A stretch of 63,968 nucleotides of DNA, the filler included, from Dugesia japonica (taxonomy: Eukaryota): NCBI GenBank assembly GCA_001938525.1. It is 6 parts of 6 records of this genome, joined end to end, with 100 filler letters (N's around TTAATTAATTAA, not from the genome) between each part and the next. Parts side by side here need not be neighbours in the genome. Positions count along the whole stretch, not along the records: positions 1 to 14,480 come from MQRL01633983.1; positions 14,581 to 22,814 come from MQRL01595549.1; positions 22,915 to 31,295 come from MQRL01513876.1; 3 more parts are not named here. One strand, 5' to 3'. Below, piece by piece: positions 11,881 to 25,499 of this stretch; the stretch's first letter is position 1; every line of letters starts with the position of its first letter. The translations under genes and the position numbers were made by a program. The notes below the pieces were generated by a model. The model did not search any database. It saw only the letters and a list, made by a program, of their open reading frames with translations, and was not told the origin of the DNA.

Positions 11881-12049
11881 AGATGATTTATTGTGTAAAT
11901 ATATATTTATAATCGTGTTCAGATGTAATGATGTCGCCTGTTGCGATTTTATTAAATAAATTTGATATTTTGTCAATTTTTTCAATTCGATTTTTTTCAT
12001 TTCTCTAGCAAATTTTACGCTTTAGAAATTTAATTGATAGAGAAATGAA

Positions 12050-12228
12050 ATGTGGTGAACTATGTTTGTGCAAGAGGGTACTCTGGTGGAGGACCACAGG
12101 GATTCTGACATGCAAATCAATAGTCGAATACGAGCATAGGGACGAGAGACTAATCAAACAATCTAGTAGCTGATTTCCGCTGAAGTTTAATTTAAATCGA
12201 ATGATTAAAAGAATTGGAGGCGAAATTA
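12050..12228 (+). pseudogene. Decayed 28S (LSU) rRNA fragment
   Basis: Diverged, collinear matches to conserved LSU segments GGTGAACTATG, ACTCTGGTGGAGG, CTGAC(G)TGCAAATC, GACTAATC, ATCTAGTAGCTG and CGAATGATTA, with internal deletions. Confidence 0.85.
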
Positions 12229-14580
12229 AGGTTACACATAAATCTAACTCCCAAACATGCCATTTACATACAAAACATGGCCTGTAAGAACTATTTGGCG
12301 TCTCAGGTCACTTAAACTATATATTTTAGAGACATTTGTTTAAAGACCCACGTTACCTCTCTCTGTCAGAGATTGCATACAAATATGTGAATTTAAAAAA
12401 ACACATTTTACTCAAGATTATTATTTTTCTACTAATAAAGTCATTGATATTATACAATTTTCTTTTCATAGTAAGTTTCGTTATCAGGTTGATTTTCTAG
12501 TACGGTTCCAGGCATAGCCGAAACATTCATTTAGAAATTTTCCGATGACAAATTTCATCGATAATAAATCTGTAATTAAAATTCGATTTCAATTTTCAAC
12601 TAAAATTTGCATTTCCAGTAACTTGTAAATACTTGTATTCTATATTGAAAATTCTGGATAATATACATTTTTGAAAATTGTAACAAATGATAGACCTTTT
12701 AAGTTTAACTTTAATTTATTATGGCATTGTAAAATAATTGTAATATATTTTGAAGCAATTATATAAACTAATGCTCCTACAAAAACAATTTTATATTTTT
12801 GACAAATAATTGTCAATGTTTTTCTAAAAAGGCATGGTGCTTGTCCCTTAGAATTATCATTATGTAATTTATGTAAGCATAATGAAACTTTACTGACATA
12901 CGTATTACACAACACTTTGTCATTAAAAAACAGAGGTTAGCAATTTATGATATTAAACATTCTGGTTTATATTCTCATTTAATTAATTACATAACACTTA
13001 TTAAGTAGTTAATCAATATATTTTTTCTAGAACATTCATAAAACCAATTGTTTCATTCTTTAAAATGAAGTCTCATTTTTTAAACTGAAATATTTCATTA
13101 TTCTATAAAATTTATTATATAAACATTTTGCATTTAGATCAAAAATTTTAAGAGAATTTTACTAATTCAATTATCACAAATTTACAATTAGTTACGATTT
13201 AAAACAAGACGATATTCATATTTTAAAAAAAAATTTGTATCATAAATAGAAAATCAAAATTTAATGGATACAAAATCAATATTAATTAATAACTAAAAAC
13301 AAAAAAGTTCGTAATAGAAAAACTTTAAAGGTAAATAGTCGATTTTTTTTTGTTCAGGCTTCAGTGAATAATTAAGATAATGCGTATAATAAATCCATTG
13401 TCACGTCTGTATTTAAATACCAAGCTATTATTATTATTATTATTATTATTATTATCAGTTTTTGAGTTTGGTCAAATAGTGATTAAATTTAACGATTCAC
13501 TCTGAAAATTATTAGTTCCACGATTAAGAAATCTACACATTAGAAACATGATTGATAAAATTAATTGTGATAAACGACCAGAAATGGTCCCGATGAATTC
13601 TTCGTCAATGCATGCATACCCGCATAAGCGCTTGTTAGTTGATTAAGAAATCTCATCTGTTATGAATTGTTATTACTCACACATACTTCTAGTTCTCTAA
13701 ACAAGAGACCACAAATCTTTGCCAATAAACGAGACTCGTTTATTTAGTAGACAGTTTACCGGTGTGCGGAATGATGATCTCTCTATGCATAATTAATAAT
13801 GTTGATTACTGCTAATAACTGCTGAGTATGGGTGTCCAGTCGATGATTAAGATTGTGTCAATTCAGAGTCGTTTCCAGTAGCAGAATAAGTGATTTTTCA
13901 TAATGACTTTCTGGCTAATTACAGTTTGGATTCGATGGATTAGTAGAAAATTTTGTTTGATACGGAGCACCGATTTTGTTAAAGACACTTTTTTATTTAT
14001 TTTATGAGAGCCATTAAAATTATTATCATCATTATCATTATTATTTATATCATACTTACCATAAGAAATGAATATTATTATTAATTAATTTTTATTAATC
14101 ATCGTACTAGCATTACCTTCTACCAAAAATATGTTTGAAATATGATCAAAATTTCATTTTTTATCAAGAAAAATTGATACCTATAATTTAGACATGTTTC
14201 TACCAATTATTATTTCCATTGAGTTTAATAAGTTCTTTAGGTTTGCTGCTGTCATAGCGAGAGATTGATATTGATATTGTTATTATTGTTAGATCTTATG
14301 GGGAGAAATAACAATTATTTAGTTATTTTATTCTGACTTTAAATTTTATTCAAGATATTTATATGCCTGTAAGTCTTTTATTATAATAATTCAATATGAT
14401 AATAACAATAAATAACTAAGAGAAAACTTTATGTTTTTATAAAAACTTAATAAATAGATCAAATAATATATATATATATANNNNNNNNNNNNNNNNNNNN
14501 NNNNNNNNNNNNNNNNNNNNNNNNTTAATTAATTAANNNNNNNNNNNNNNNNNNNNNNNNNNNNNNNNNNNNNNNNNNNN

Positions 14581-14644
<64 letters not shown>
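14581..14644. repeat. (TAA)n microsatellite
   Basis: Direct inspection. Confidence 0.95.
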
Positions 14645-14645
<1 letters not shown>

Positions 14646-16596
14646 GAATAATGAAAATAAACACGTCATTGCTATTAATGTTAAATAATATTGATAAGGA
14701 TTAGAATATTTTTATCAGAATGATAGCAAGAATAGTAGGTTGTTGCTGACCATGAATATAGCGTGGATGTCACGAGAAGATGATTATTAATTCGAATAAT
14801 AAAGCTCGATAAATACCATCAAGACTAAGCATTGATGTTAGTCGTAATAAAGGTAACTATAATCATTATACTAACAATAAAAGTAAAAGCAATCATAATA
14901 CTAATGATAATCATAAGCATACTGAAGGTTTTATTAAAATAAATCAGTAGTTCTTAACTGGTTTTAATTTTTCAACTGACTAAATCTGAATATTTCGATG
15001 TCTGAATGTCATTAACCTTGTCAACTTATAACGTGAATTCTACATCTATCACCACAGCGAGAGTAATAAATCTGCCTGGAATAATCGTTATAATTATATG
15101 GATAATTTGGCACTTTACTCGGTCGATATATCATCCGGCTTAGTCACATGATCTATTAGTTGATTTATTAATACATAATAGCCTTCTGGATTGATGTATA
15201 CCGTCTCAATCCTAAATGGTTTGTGTGTATTATTCTACTGAGAAGTGAGAATTGCTAGTAAGTTTGGTAATGGGGTCTGCAAATTATGAGGCAGTAAGTG
15301 TTAAACACACCGACAACTAGTTGCTATGATGATTGTTAAGTGTGCATTTACGATATGATTATTTGTTCACTAGATATTTTCAGAAAAGTTTTAGTACTCC
15401 TCGATGGAGAATAATGTATTTACACAGTTGTCAAACGAGGAACATACGTGGATGTGTTGTAGTATTAGTGGATCGATTTGTATTTTCCACATCGTTTGAC
15501 TCTCCAGTTTTTCTCCGTTTCAATTGACGATGTAAAACAATTCTAGACTAAATATATCAATTCTGTTTCCACATTTGACGGCTAACGATTTATTTCTGGT
15601 GTAGAAAGTGATGTACATATTAACAAAGTGTTATCATAGCTAGTTTATTGCGAAAAAGTATCAGATCTTCTGAGATAATTGCATCTGTTGTAGTGTGAGC
15701 ATGCCTGAAATGGTGACCTGACTTAAAAAGAAATAACATCAAACTCGTGTTGATCAAGACGGGGATGTCAATTTACAAAGTTGGTTACTTTTGTCTACTG
15801 ACGTCTATAATAATTGTTTCACATGAATACTAGAAATTAATATCGAAAATAAACGGAATATTTATTGCATAGAAATGATATAATTTAATTCATAATATAT
15901 TGACATTAAGTTCAAACACAAAAATATTACTTACTGGTAAGCTTAATAGGAAATTCTGCAATGGGCAGTCAAGCTGACATTTCACAATGATGTCTTCTTT
16001 TGATCACTTCGTAAGCTGACAAATATTTCCCTTCTACAAATTCAGATATCTCCCGATTAATTGATTTAATAACAATGGTTATCTTACGATCTAAATTTGA
16101 TGTTTAATGTCCAATAACGTTTTCAATGAGAATCTTTCAAATAATAAAGTGTTGTTATAGCGGCTAAAAATTCAAGAATTCGCAGTGCTACTAATTTAGC
16201 TAAACTTAAAAATTTGTTGTGTTTTTCTAATTTTTTCCGGGGTTTAAATACCATTTTCTGAATCATCTCGGCACCATCACTATTGGCTGTCTATTTTTAA
16301 TTTGAATTGTTTGATTATGATTGGGGTTTGTGCCAATTTTCTTATTTTTTTCTACGAAATTTGACTCTTTATTCGTGCCTATTTTTAGAACACCATGTGG
16401 TTTTTCCGTCTTTGTCTTATTTTCTTTTTCTGGTCTATGATTGGCTTAATCTTTGAAACTTCCCAAGGCTCTTCTGATGATGATAACGTTTTCTACTTTT
16501 CAAAATCCTATTGCCCCTGCTTTTTCTATTTTCGAATTTTCTTGTCCCAGGTCTCTATCATTACCCTGAGCTTCGCTATCTTCCAAAAACAGATTT

Positions 16597-17644
16597 GACC
16601 GGGAATGTGCATTGACCGGAATATATGAAAATCTGTTGAAGCTATATCTGAAGAGTACGCTGGGTGTGGAAGGCTTTCCCATTGCAAGTCTAACAATGTT
16701 TGCTTGACGATTGAAGAAAGATGTGGTCTCGCATTGTCATGCAAAAGAATTACTTTGCGTCTATTGCTGGCTATTGCAGGTCTTGTTTTGATCAATTCTT
16801 CATTTAATCTTAGCAATTGATGTTGATATCGTTCCCCTGTAACTGTTTCCTTTGATTTAAAAAGTTCATGGTACACAAGACTTTCCATATCCCACCAAAT
16901 ACAAAGCATGACTTTCTTATCAAATTTATTGCGCTTTGCGGTGGACGCTGATGCCTGTCCTTGATCAAGCCATGATTTTTCCGTTTGGGGTTATGGAAAT
17001 AAATCCATTTTTCATCGCCCATAACAATTCGCCATAAAAATTCTTTTTTCTCTGTCTGGCAAGTAATGATGTGGCTATACTTAAACGATTACAAATAGCA
17101 CTTTTACTCAAAATATGAGGGATACATTTCCCTTCCGTCTGAATATTTCCTAGCGCATGTAGCCGTCTGAAAATTGTTGATGGATGTGTGTTTTATGTCA
17201 TAGCCAACTCATTTCTCTATTTGGTCGGGGTTGTCATTCAATAAATCTTGAAATTCATTATCTTTAAACTTTTTTGGCTGACCTGGTCTTTCTTTATCAT
17301 TCAAATTGAAGTCGCCTGATTTAAATCCTGCAAACCAAAATTTGCAGTTAAACAACGATGGAACATCATCAGTGTATGTATCCTCAAGCATTTTATGCGA
17401 TTACGCTACTTATTTCCGCATATCGAGTAAAAATAATAATACTTGCCTGAAATGTAGTTTTGACCTATTCATTTATTGAGCTTTCTAGAATTGGTTATTT
17501 GAACAAATACCATTTCTAAATCAATATAAACTTACATTAGATATTCAGATATTTAAAATAAATTCTTATTTTGACTTTATTACAAATATAACTAACGTTA
17601 TCGCTAATTTTAAGTTTAGACCAGAATTAATGCACCCACCTAAT
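16597..17644 (-). mobile_element. Mariner (DD34D) transposon, frameshifted and 3'-truncated
   Basis: Motifs GDEKWIYFHNPKRK, MLCIWWD, LLHDNARPH and HPAYSSDIASTDFHIF; 5' TIR TA|TTAGGTGGGTGCATTAATT. Confidence 0.92.
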
Positions 17645-18465
17645 ATAATAATTAAAATTTTACTTTTAAATTTTTCGATAGTTTATACTATTTTAAGGTT
17701 AAATAAAACAGTAAAATAATTTTTATAAAAAAGGTTTTTTTTCATATAAGATAAAGTTATATAAGCGCGAAAAATAATTTAAAATATATCATTTTTTAAA
17801 ATTGTTGGGGGGAAAAACACCTGATTAATGAAGATCAGGCAAGTAAGGGCCCAAGGCAAGAAATTGTAACAAGTAAGGGCCAGAAGAAGAAATAAAATAA
17901 TGAGATCTCAATAAACGATCAACTCCCAAATCAATAATAATTCCTACTTGGAAACTACGGAAAACCAACGATAAATAATTAATAAAATCCAACAAAAATA
18001 ATAATGGAAGTAATTAAAGAAAGACAGAAGAACAATGAGTGACCGTCGTTAATTAAGAAATACTATAAATACTATAAAAAATATCAAGAAAATAAAATGG
18101 TGAAATAATAAAGAAAATATTAATTAATACGAAAAAAGTTATTGCCACAAAAATCAGAAAAAGGTGAATAACTCGGCTCATAATAATCAAAAAACGCCGG
18201 GAAAAGAAAAACCAAAAAGCTTACAACAAGGGAAAGCCAATTTCGTTAAACAGAAAACGATAACACCTTCAGAAGGGTCAGAAATAGGCTAAGAAGGTTA
18301 GACCAATAAGAGGCCATGAAGAAAACATAAAACAAAGGCTAAAAAATTATGTGGTGCCTAAAAATAGGCACCAATAGAAAACAAAGAAAAAGCAGAAAAG
18401 TTCTGAAAATCAGATAAAGGGCCAATAAAAAGGCTATAAGAAAAGTCTAAAAAAGTTGACCAATA

Positions 18466-18920
18466 GGAACCGAGTGAACCTTCGTTCAGGAGAAGGGAAG
18501 CACTCGGACAGTACCGATCTAGCGTGGTTCGTCAAGATATTCTCCTTGGGTTGACAAAATCATGAATAACGAACTCTTGCCGCATAAGGTTGTTTAATAT
18601 TAATAAAGTCTTTTGTGTATTCAATTGAGTGTTCGATTATAATTACTAATTCTTCTGATTTATATTACTAGCTTCATATTCCCCAACGTATAATTATTGA
18701 TTATCTTTTTATAGTGTCTGAATTCCATTGGCGCTTAGGGCTCGTTGGTAATCGAATGATGTTCCGTCGGCTAAGGAAACCATATAATCTCGATGCAGGA
18801 GTCCTAGTAGAGCGCTCGATTCTACACCCAGTAGAAGCTAATATGCAGCGCCACCTCGACACGGCTGAACGTGAAGCCGAGAACATTCTTTCCACATGTG
18901 CTTCCCCAGATCCGTCATAG
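18466..18920. mobile_element. Probable LTR-derived fragments
   Basis: GC-richer non-coding block with AATAAA at ~18602 followed by a T-rich U5-like tract; no coding motif. Confidence 0.25.
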
Positions 18921-19039
18921 GAAAATTATTTTGAAAATTATTAGTGAATAAATAGTCAATAAAAATATTATTAATTCAAGTTATATATATTTCTTTCTTT
19001 TGGTTGAGTTAATTTCATCAACGTTCACTTAATTATTGA

Positions 19040-20031
19040 TTTTTATTTATCACTGTTATGTTTTAGTGAACTCTTCTCGGCCCCGATCTGTTGCTCCAAA
19101 TAAGAAAGTAAGACAAAACAACATAAAACATTGGGAAATTTATTTAAAAGTGGTCGTAAGCCGAAAAATACACAAAGATCTGAAAAATCAATTATTCGTA
19201 TATTAAAGGAAAATTCACAGAAAACAGCACATCAGCTTTTGATTGATTGGAAAACAAGCCAAACTTCCTCAGTTAAAACTCTCAAGCGTATTCTGAGAAA
19301 GTACGGCTTGTTTGAACCGATTTTAGTGAAGAAACCTTTATTTAATTGGCGACATATCAAGAACTGCTTAAAGTGGTGCAAAGACTTTAGCAAACTGCTT
19401 ACTTCTTTTCGGAATGAAGTCATATTTACTGACAAATGTAGGATAGAACAGTTCTCCAGAAGAAGAGAATACGTCCACAAAAATTCAGTCACAAAAATTC
19501 AATCATAAAATTTCAATCACAAAAATTCAATCACAAAAATTCAGATATAATCCGAAATATACCATAAAAACTGTAAACTTTGGAGGTAAGAGTTTGGTGG
19601 TTTCGGTTGCAATCAAAGAAGATGACACCAGATTTCTTATAAGGTGTTCGGATCAGATTAATTATGTTGCCTATATTGAAGTATTAAATAAATGGTTGCT
19701 GTCAATATATGAGGGACAAAATATATTTCAGCAGAATGGAGCTCCATGCCATAAATCAAGATTTGTGTCTTCATTTTTCGAAAAGTCAAAATTATGTGTG
19801 CTCANNNNNNNNNNNGCTCAGTCACCAGATCTGAATATAATTGAGGCATTGTTGGCAGATCTGAAAGCCAGTGTTGCTAGCTGAAGGCCCGCAAATATTG
19901 AGAAACTTTGGATTAATTCAGAATAGCAGTAGGCGATGATTCCAATATATAAAATTAAAAATCTGTATTCAAGCATGCCAAGAAGGATCCAAGAGGTAAT
20001 CAAAAATAAAGGCATGAATACAAGTTACTAA
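19040..20031 (+). mobile_element. Tc1-like (DD34E) transposase pseudogene
   Basis: Motifs GRKPK, VIFTD, KTVNFGGKS, FQQNGAPCH, QSPDLNIIE and SMPRRIQEVIKNKG. Confidence 0.92.
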
Positions 20032-20939
20032 TTTTGAGTATCTTAATTTTTCATGAGATATGAAGTTCATTAAAATGTGTTAAGTTTCATGAAATGTTAA
20101 TAAAAAAATGTTTCACTGTCTTAAATTCTTATATTCAAGATGACTTAAAAATTCATGTTTTTGAAAAACACAGTTTTTCTAAATTTACAAAAATTAATCT
20201 TTGGAAATTTTTGATTGAAAACATGTACTTCAACATATTCTATGATATATTTTATTGAAAACATGTACTTCAATATATTATATGATATAGTTAAATACAG
20301 ACTGAATCAAAGTACTTATAGTTATACATTTTCATCATTTTATGGGAATGAAAGNNNNNNNNNNNNNNNNNNNNNNNNNNNNNNNNNNNNNNNNNNNNNN
20401 NNNNCATGAATACAAGTTACTAATTTTGAGTATCTTAATTTTTCATGAGATATGAAGTTCATTAAAATGTGTTAAGTTACATGAAATGTTAATAAAAAAA
20501 TGTTTCACTGTCTTAAATTCTTGTATTCAAGATGACTTAAAAATTCATGTTTTTGAAAAACACCGTTTTTCTAAATTTACAAAAATTAATCTTTGGAAAT
20601 ATTTGATTGAAAACATGTACTTCAACATATTCTATGATATATTTTATTGAAAACATGTACTTCAATATATTCTATGATATAGTTAAATACAGACTGAATC
20701 AAAGTACTTATAGTTATACATTTTCATCATTTTATGGGAATGAAAGGGGTGATTCAAAACATATGAACGGCATTGAATATTTAGATTTTAATTTAAAAAT
20801 CATACAAGTTGAGCATATTATTGAAGTAGATAAAATTCCTAGAAAAAAGAAGGTTTTCGGTAGCTTTCAGAAAAGAATACTTAGATTTTTAAAAATCCTC
20901 ATAATAAGGAATAGATAAATTAAAAGAACCACATAATTA

Positions 20940-21995
20940 GTCAAAGAGTAACAAGATGCCAAATTTCCCATCACAATATCAATGTTTTGATCAAAAGACA
21001 TATTATTACAAACTAATTAGTTTAAAATTGTTTATTGTATTCGTTTCTTAAAAATTCATATATAAATATTCAGTACTCTTTATAGACTTTAAATAAGCAA
21101 TAGACAAAGACTAAGTAGAAATGACTAAAATTTTCATTATGTTCTTCATATTGCAAAACTTTTTATTTAATGTGATTAAAGAATTAATATATAAATTTTG
21201 GACTTGCTCTTCTTTTTCGAAGTCATGTATTAATATACACAACTTTGAGGTCTTTGCTAAATCTATTGTAGAAAAATTAACCTACGAAACGATTGATAAA
21301 ATCATTTTTAACATGAATAATGATTTCAATTATGGAAATATTATTAAAGATCCAGAAAAATCTAATAAAATCGATAAAATTTTTTATGTTTTAAATAATC
21401 CTTACTCTAGGATCTTTAAAAATTTTAAAAATGGTTTGCTAAAATATTCAGTAAATCTTCCGAATTTTAAAATTGTGTTTCGGTCTTTTAAAACTATAAG
21501 CGTGTTCAGTAATAAGTCTAAGATTCCTTATTGATTGGTTTCGAAAATTATTTATAAATATGAGTGTAATGGATGTAATGTCATTTACATAAAAGAAACT
21601 GTCCGTCATCTCTGTAAAAGGATTCAAGAATATAGTCGATTAAGTAGTCGTAGTAATATTGCAGGAGATAATATTCAATGTAAATCAGTTATAAATATTA
21701 CCAATTTCAAAATTTTGTGCAGAAATTTTAAAGATTATTGGGAAAGAATCATGTGTGAAGCATTGATGATTATATCATATGATCCAAAAAACAATGTACA
21801 AACTGGTATTTCTAAATCTTCATTGAATACATTTAATTAATTTGAATTTTATCGAGACTATTAAATCATCGATTGTGTAATGTGGAACTTTAGTAAATAT
21901 ACTATATTCAAAGTTTTAAACAGTTTGGCCGAAGATGACAGATATACTATTTAAACTTGAGATAAATAAATCTTTAACAAAAAGGCGTCTTAAGT
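20940..21995 (+). mobile_element. Penelope-like retroelement, 3' part (GIY-YIG endonuclease plus 3' terminal repeat with decayed hammerhead)
   Basis: ORF 21535-21840 reads IIYKYECNGCNVIYIKETVRHLCKRIQE...EALMI...N; CCGAAGATGACAG at 21929. Confidence 0.85.
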
Positions 21996-22914
21996 TATTT
22001 ATAACTTAAGACACAATTTAGTTAAAGATTTATTTATCACAGGTTTCTATAGTATATATGTCATATATTGTTAAGTTTTAATTTATTAGTTCTTGCTTAC
22101 AGAAAACCGCCAAAATTGAAATTTGTGTATAGTATTGTTTGACAGTGGTTTAGTGCTGACATACCTTTATCTTGAGAACCCAAAAGTAATGTAAAATATT
22201 TATACAGTTTGTAATTATCAGCCCAACAATACCAAATTGAAAACCAAACGACTATTTTGGACTGAAAAAATTCTAAACCAAATTTCGAACTCACCGAACA
22301 AAATTTCGACTAAGAAATTCGAAAAAGTTTTGGACCAACCAAATTCCAAAATTTCTAAACCAGATTTTAAAACTACTTTGTTTATGGGTGGAAAGTGATT
22401 TAATGCTAACCTATCTATCTACTTAAAATGCAAAATTATAAATAATTTAATTTTCAGTGATTTTTAAAAATAAATGAATTTCTAATTCCAGAAACGTTAT
22501 AAGAATTATAATAAGTATATAATTTCTGAGAAGCAATATCAAAGCAAACACTCAATATAAATTTTCTGAAAAACATTTGTTATCAAGAAACATTTATCAA
22601 ATAAATTATAATTGAAATCTTCTTTGAGTATGATGTATTAACTAATAATAATAACATTCAATCAACGCAGTCAATTTAATAAAAATTAATTACAACCAAT
22701 CTTATGATTCGTAACTGAAATTAAACAGATATAAACTATGATAATAACTGATTTTTTTAGAATAAGAGTAAAGTAATACAATTCCGTACATATGTTTTGG
22801 GCCACCCCTATAATNNNNNNNNNNNNNNNNNNNNNNNNNNNNNNNNNNNNNNNNNNNNTTAATTAATTAANNNNNNNNNNNNNNNNNNNNNNNNNNNNNN
22901 NNNNNNNNNNNNNN

Positions 22915-22970
22915 GGGGGGGGGGTACTGAATGTGTGTAGAGGCTGTGCGCTACTATCTACCTACTCTCT
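22915..22970 (-). mobile_element. Maverick/Polinton terminus
   Basis: The minus strand reads AGAGAGTAGGTAGATAGTAGCGCACA followed by a C-run, matching the terminus at 57088. Confidence 0.65.
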
Positions 22971-23099
22971 GGATATTGTTTTTTAACAGAGTCTTTAAAA
23001 TTTCTTACTTCTTTTTTAAATCATTAAAACATGTTTTATTATCTTTTATCAAATCCTTTATATTATTATCATATTCTTAAGTTTTATCTGTAAAATAAT

Positions 23100-23670
23100 T
23101 TAAATTAATTGCATCGAGATAATTTATTGGATCATTAAGAATTTTTAAATTAGTTATTGCGGTCATACAAAAATGCAATGTAAATCTAGAAATTATTAAA
23201 CAAAGACAAAATACATGCTTAAAGTTAATAACAACTGAATTGAATAATCGCGAATTGCTTGTTGTCGTAGATCATATGTGTTCTTTAGTTGCAGAGTCAA
23301 AGGAGAAAGTAGATTTGATGATTACCAACATTGAAAAGAAGCAAATATTTTTAGTAGACATTAAATGCTCAATTCATTCAATGCATAATCTTGAGAACAT
23401 TGATAAAGCAAATCTAGAAAACTATGCCAAATTGAAACAACAATTACAAACGATTAATTAAGATTTCAAAGTAGAGTTATTTAGCTGTATCATAGGATTA
23501 CTTGGCTTCATACATCCTTTAACACCAAAAATTATTAAAGAAATTGGTGTGCACAAATCCCAGGTTAATAAGCTTCTAAAATCATGTGTAATGTCAAACA
23601 TTGAATTCTTAGCAAAAATTTGGAATTTTCACAAAACTGGAATTTTTATCACGGAAACAAATTAATTAAA
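23100..23670 (+). mobile_element. Non-LTR retrotransposon (NeSL/R2 group), C-terminal restriction-like endonuclease, decayed
   Basis: KVDLMI...IFLVDIKC...KANLENY...IIGLLGFI...IWNFH fits the PD-(D/E)xK RLE domain pattern. Confidence 0.8.
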
Positions 23671-24759
23671 AAATTTCTTTTTACAATTTTTAATTTAAAA
23701 ACTTTCGTTTTGAAATTTAATTTCATAAAAATTAAATTTACCATTGATCTGTGTATTAAACAAATATTTTGAGGAACAGGTTTGGATGATATTTGTTTTC
23801 GATTGCAAAGATCAAAACTATCTTTGTGGTCTTTGCGGTTGGAAATGGATTTTATTTGAATATGTTTTTCGGAATATTTGTTTAAAATTAATTAAAAATA
23901 TTTCAAACTCAAACAGACATTATAAGTATATTTTTTTAAAAAGGTTTATCAACATTTTAAAAAAGAAAATTAAGCATTAATTTTAACTACAAAAATAAAA
24001 CCTTTCAAAATAAAATCAATCTTAAATAACTTATTAATTTCTAAGATTGTATAAAAATTTAATAAAATTATAGTTATTGAAATACTTAGTAATTTTTGCT
24101 ATTTTGTAAACAAACTGATTATAATAATTTATAATTTTTAAAATAGAAAATAAAAATAAATGTAAAAAGAAAAAAAATTTTAAAATGAAATGAAAATTAA
24201 ATCACTTAAAAATATTTAAAATTGTCTAATAATTTTATTAAAGTTACATTACACTTAGTATTGATTGTTGTTAGTATTGCTATTGGTTATCTGTAACTCA
24301 GTTCTAAGAAGCCCTCAATATGGAGACTAATGGAAATAATGAATTTTGTTTTACTTTAATAATATTTTAAATCGATTTCAACATTTTCAAATTTTACTAA
24401 TGTTACCAAAAATAAATTAGAAGACACCAATGGATTATGTTTCCCAATCAGTTAATAATAAAACAATTTCAATTGAAGAATGAATTGCAATCTTAGAATC
24501 CTCAATAAATTTGATGATGTCAGAATTTCAAATGCTCATGGATTTGTTCAATTTGTAAATGGAATTAGAAACAAGTGAAAGTGAAACATCATATATCAAA
24601 ATGAGAAACGAAGTTGAAATAAGTTAAAATCAGAACTTGATATAAAGACTACTAAAATTTATCAAAATTGTTATATTTAATAAATATTTTAAATGGTCCA
24701 CGAGTAATAGGAGTTATTTTACATTTCATCAGTGGTGGCTATATTCCTGAGTGATTATT

Positions 24760-25490
24760 TATTTGTTCACTTTGTTTTTCTATATAACATCGTACCTATG
24801 CCGTTTGACCATTTGTAACCATGTTTGTCTTACTTAAAATAAAATTATCTATCTGATAGATAGTTTATGTACACGTTCGAGTTACTCTTACCAAAATTCA
24901 TAATTTACTCCCGGACTCCCAAAATGAAGTACTTTGTTTCTTTCTTTATAACTTTTTACGTATAAAGTTTATGATTTTAGATTTATATATTTAGAATCAG
25001 TGAAAGATTCTTTATCGAATATATTTTTTTACGATTTTTGAGATACTTTTCAATTTTCGAAAAAAGTTATCAAATACGAGAGGATAGTTGAATATCTTCG
25101 CTAGGAAGCATTTTTACCGAGACGATATTTTAACTTTGCATAGTCACTTTTTTCTTCTGAGTAAAATAATACCAAACTTGAAACCATACGAGTTATGTAC
25201 ATAGAGCAAATTGAGCACCAAAATGCAAACTTTGCAATTTCTCACCACAAAACGACATTTATATCATCACAGATAAACTTTGGCGGTTTTAGGTTTATAT
25301 ATTTGCAATCAGCCGAAAATTCTCTGTCTAATAGACATGGTTATTTAGTGTAAAGACGAGAAACAATTTTTTCGATAAACTTTTATTTGTGAAAAATAAT
25401 CTTCATCAAATTTTACATCGATTAATGTAAAAATCTCGACAAAAAATTATTCAAAAATATTCAAAATTTCAGATGTTTTCATGGATTCTT
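24760..25490. repeat. Internally subrepeated dispersed repeat; inverted copy at ~45780-46400
   Basis: GAGTTACTCTTACCAAAATTCATAATT is near reverse-complementary to AATTATGAATTTTGGAAAGGGTAACTC. The GATAGAGAAT...CTGATTCCAAATATGT unit recurs internally. Confidence 0.7.
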
Positions 25491-25499
25491 AAAAAGATT

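Noticed and set aside
12515-12555. CGG...CCGAAAC hammerhead-like segment
   Set aside because: No CUGANGA core (CTAGTA instead) and no stem I or stem III.
12640-12915. Short ORFs such as 12640-12915, 36862-37191, 43034-43258 and 50120-50584
   Set aside because: I/K/N/F-biased chance ORFs or antisense shadows of transposon genes, with no motifs or splice support.
20012-20745. ~340-bp direct duplication flanking an N gap (similar cases at 8035/8525, 53107/53204 and 58977/59282)
   Set aside because: Near-identical copies on either side of gaps are most simply unmerged contig overlaps or allelic haplotypes.
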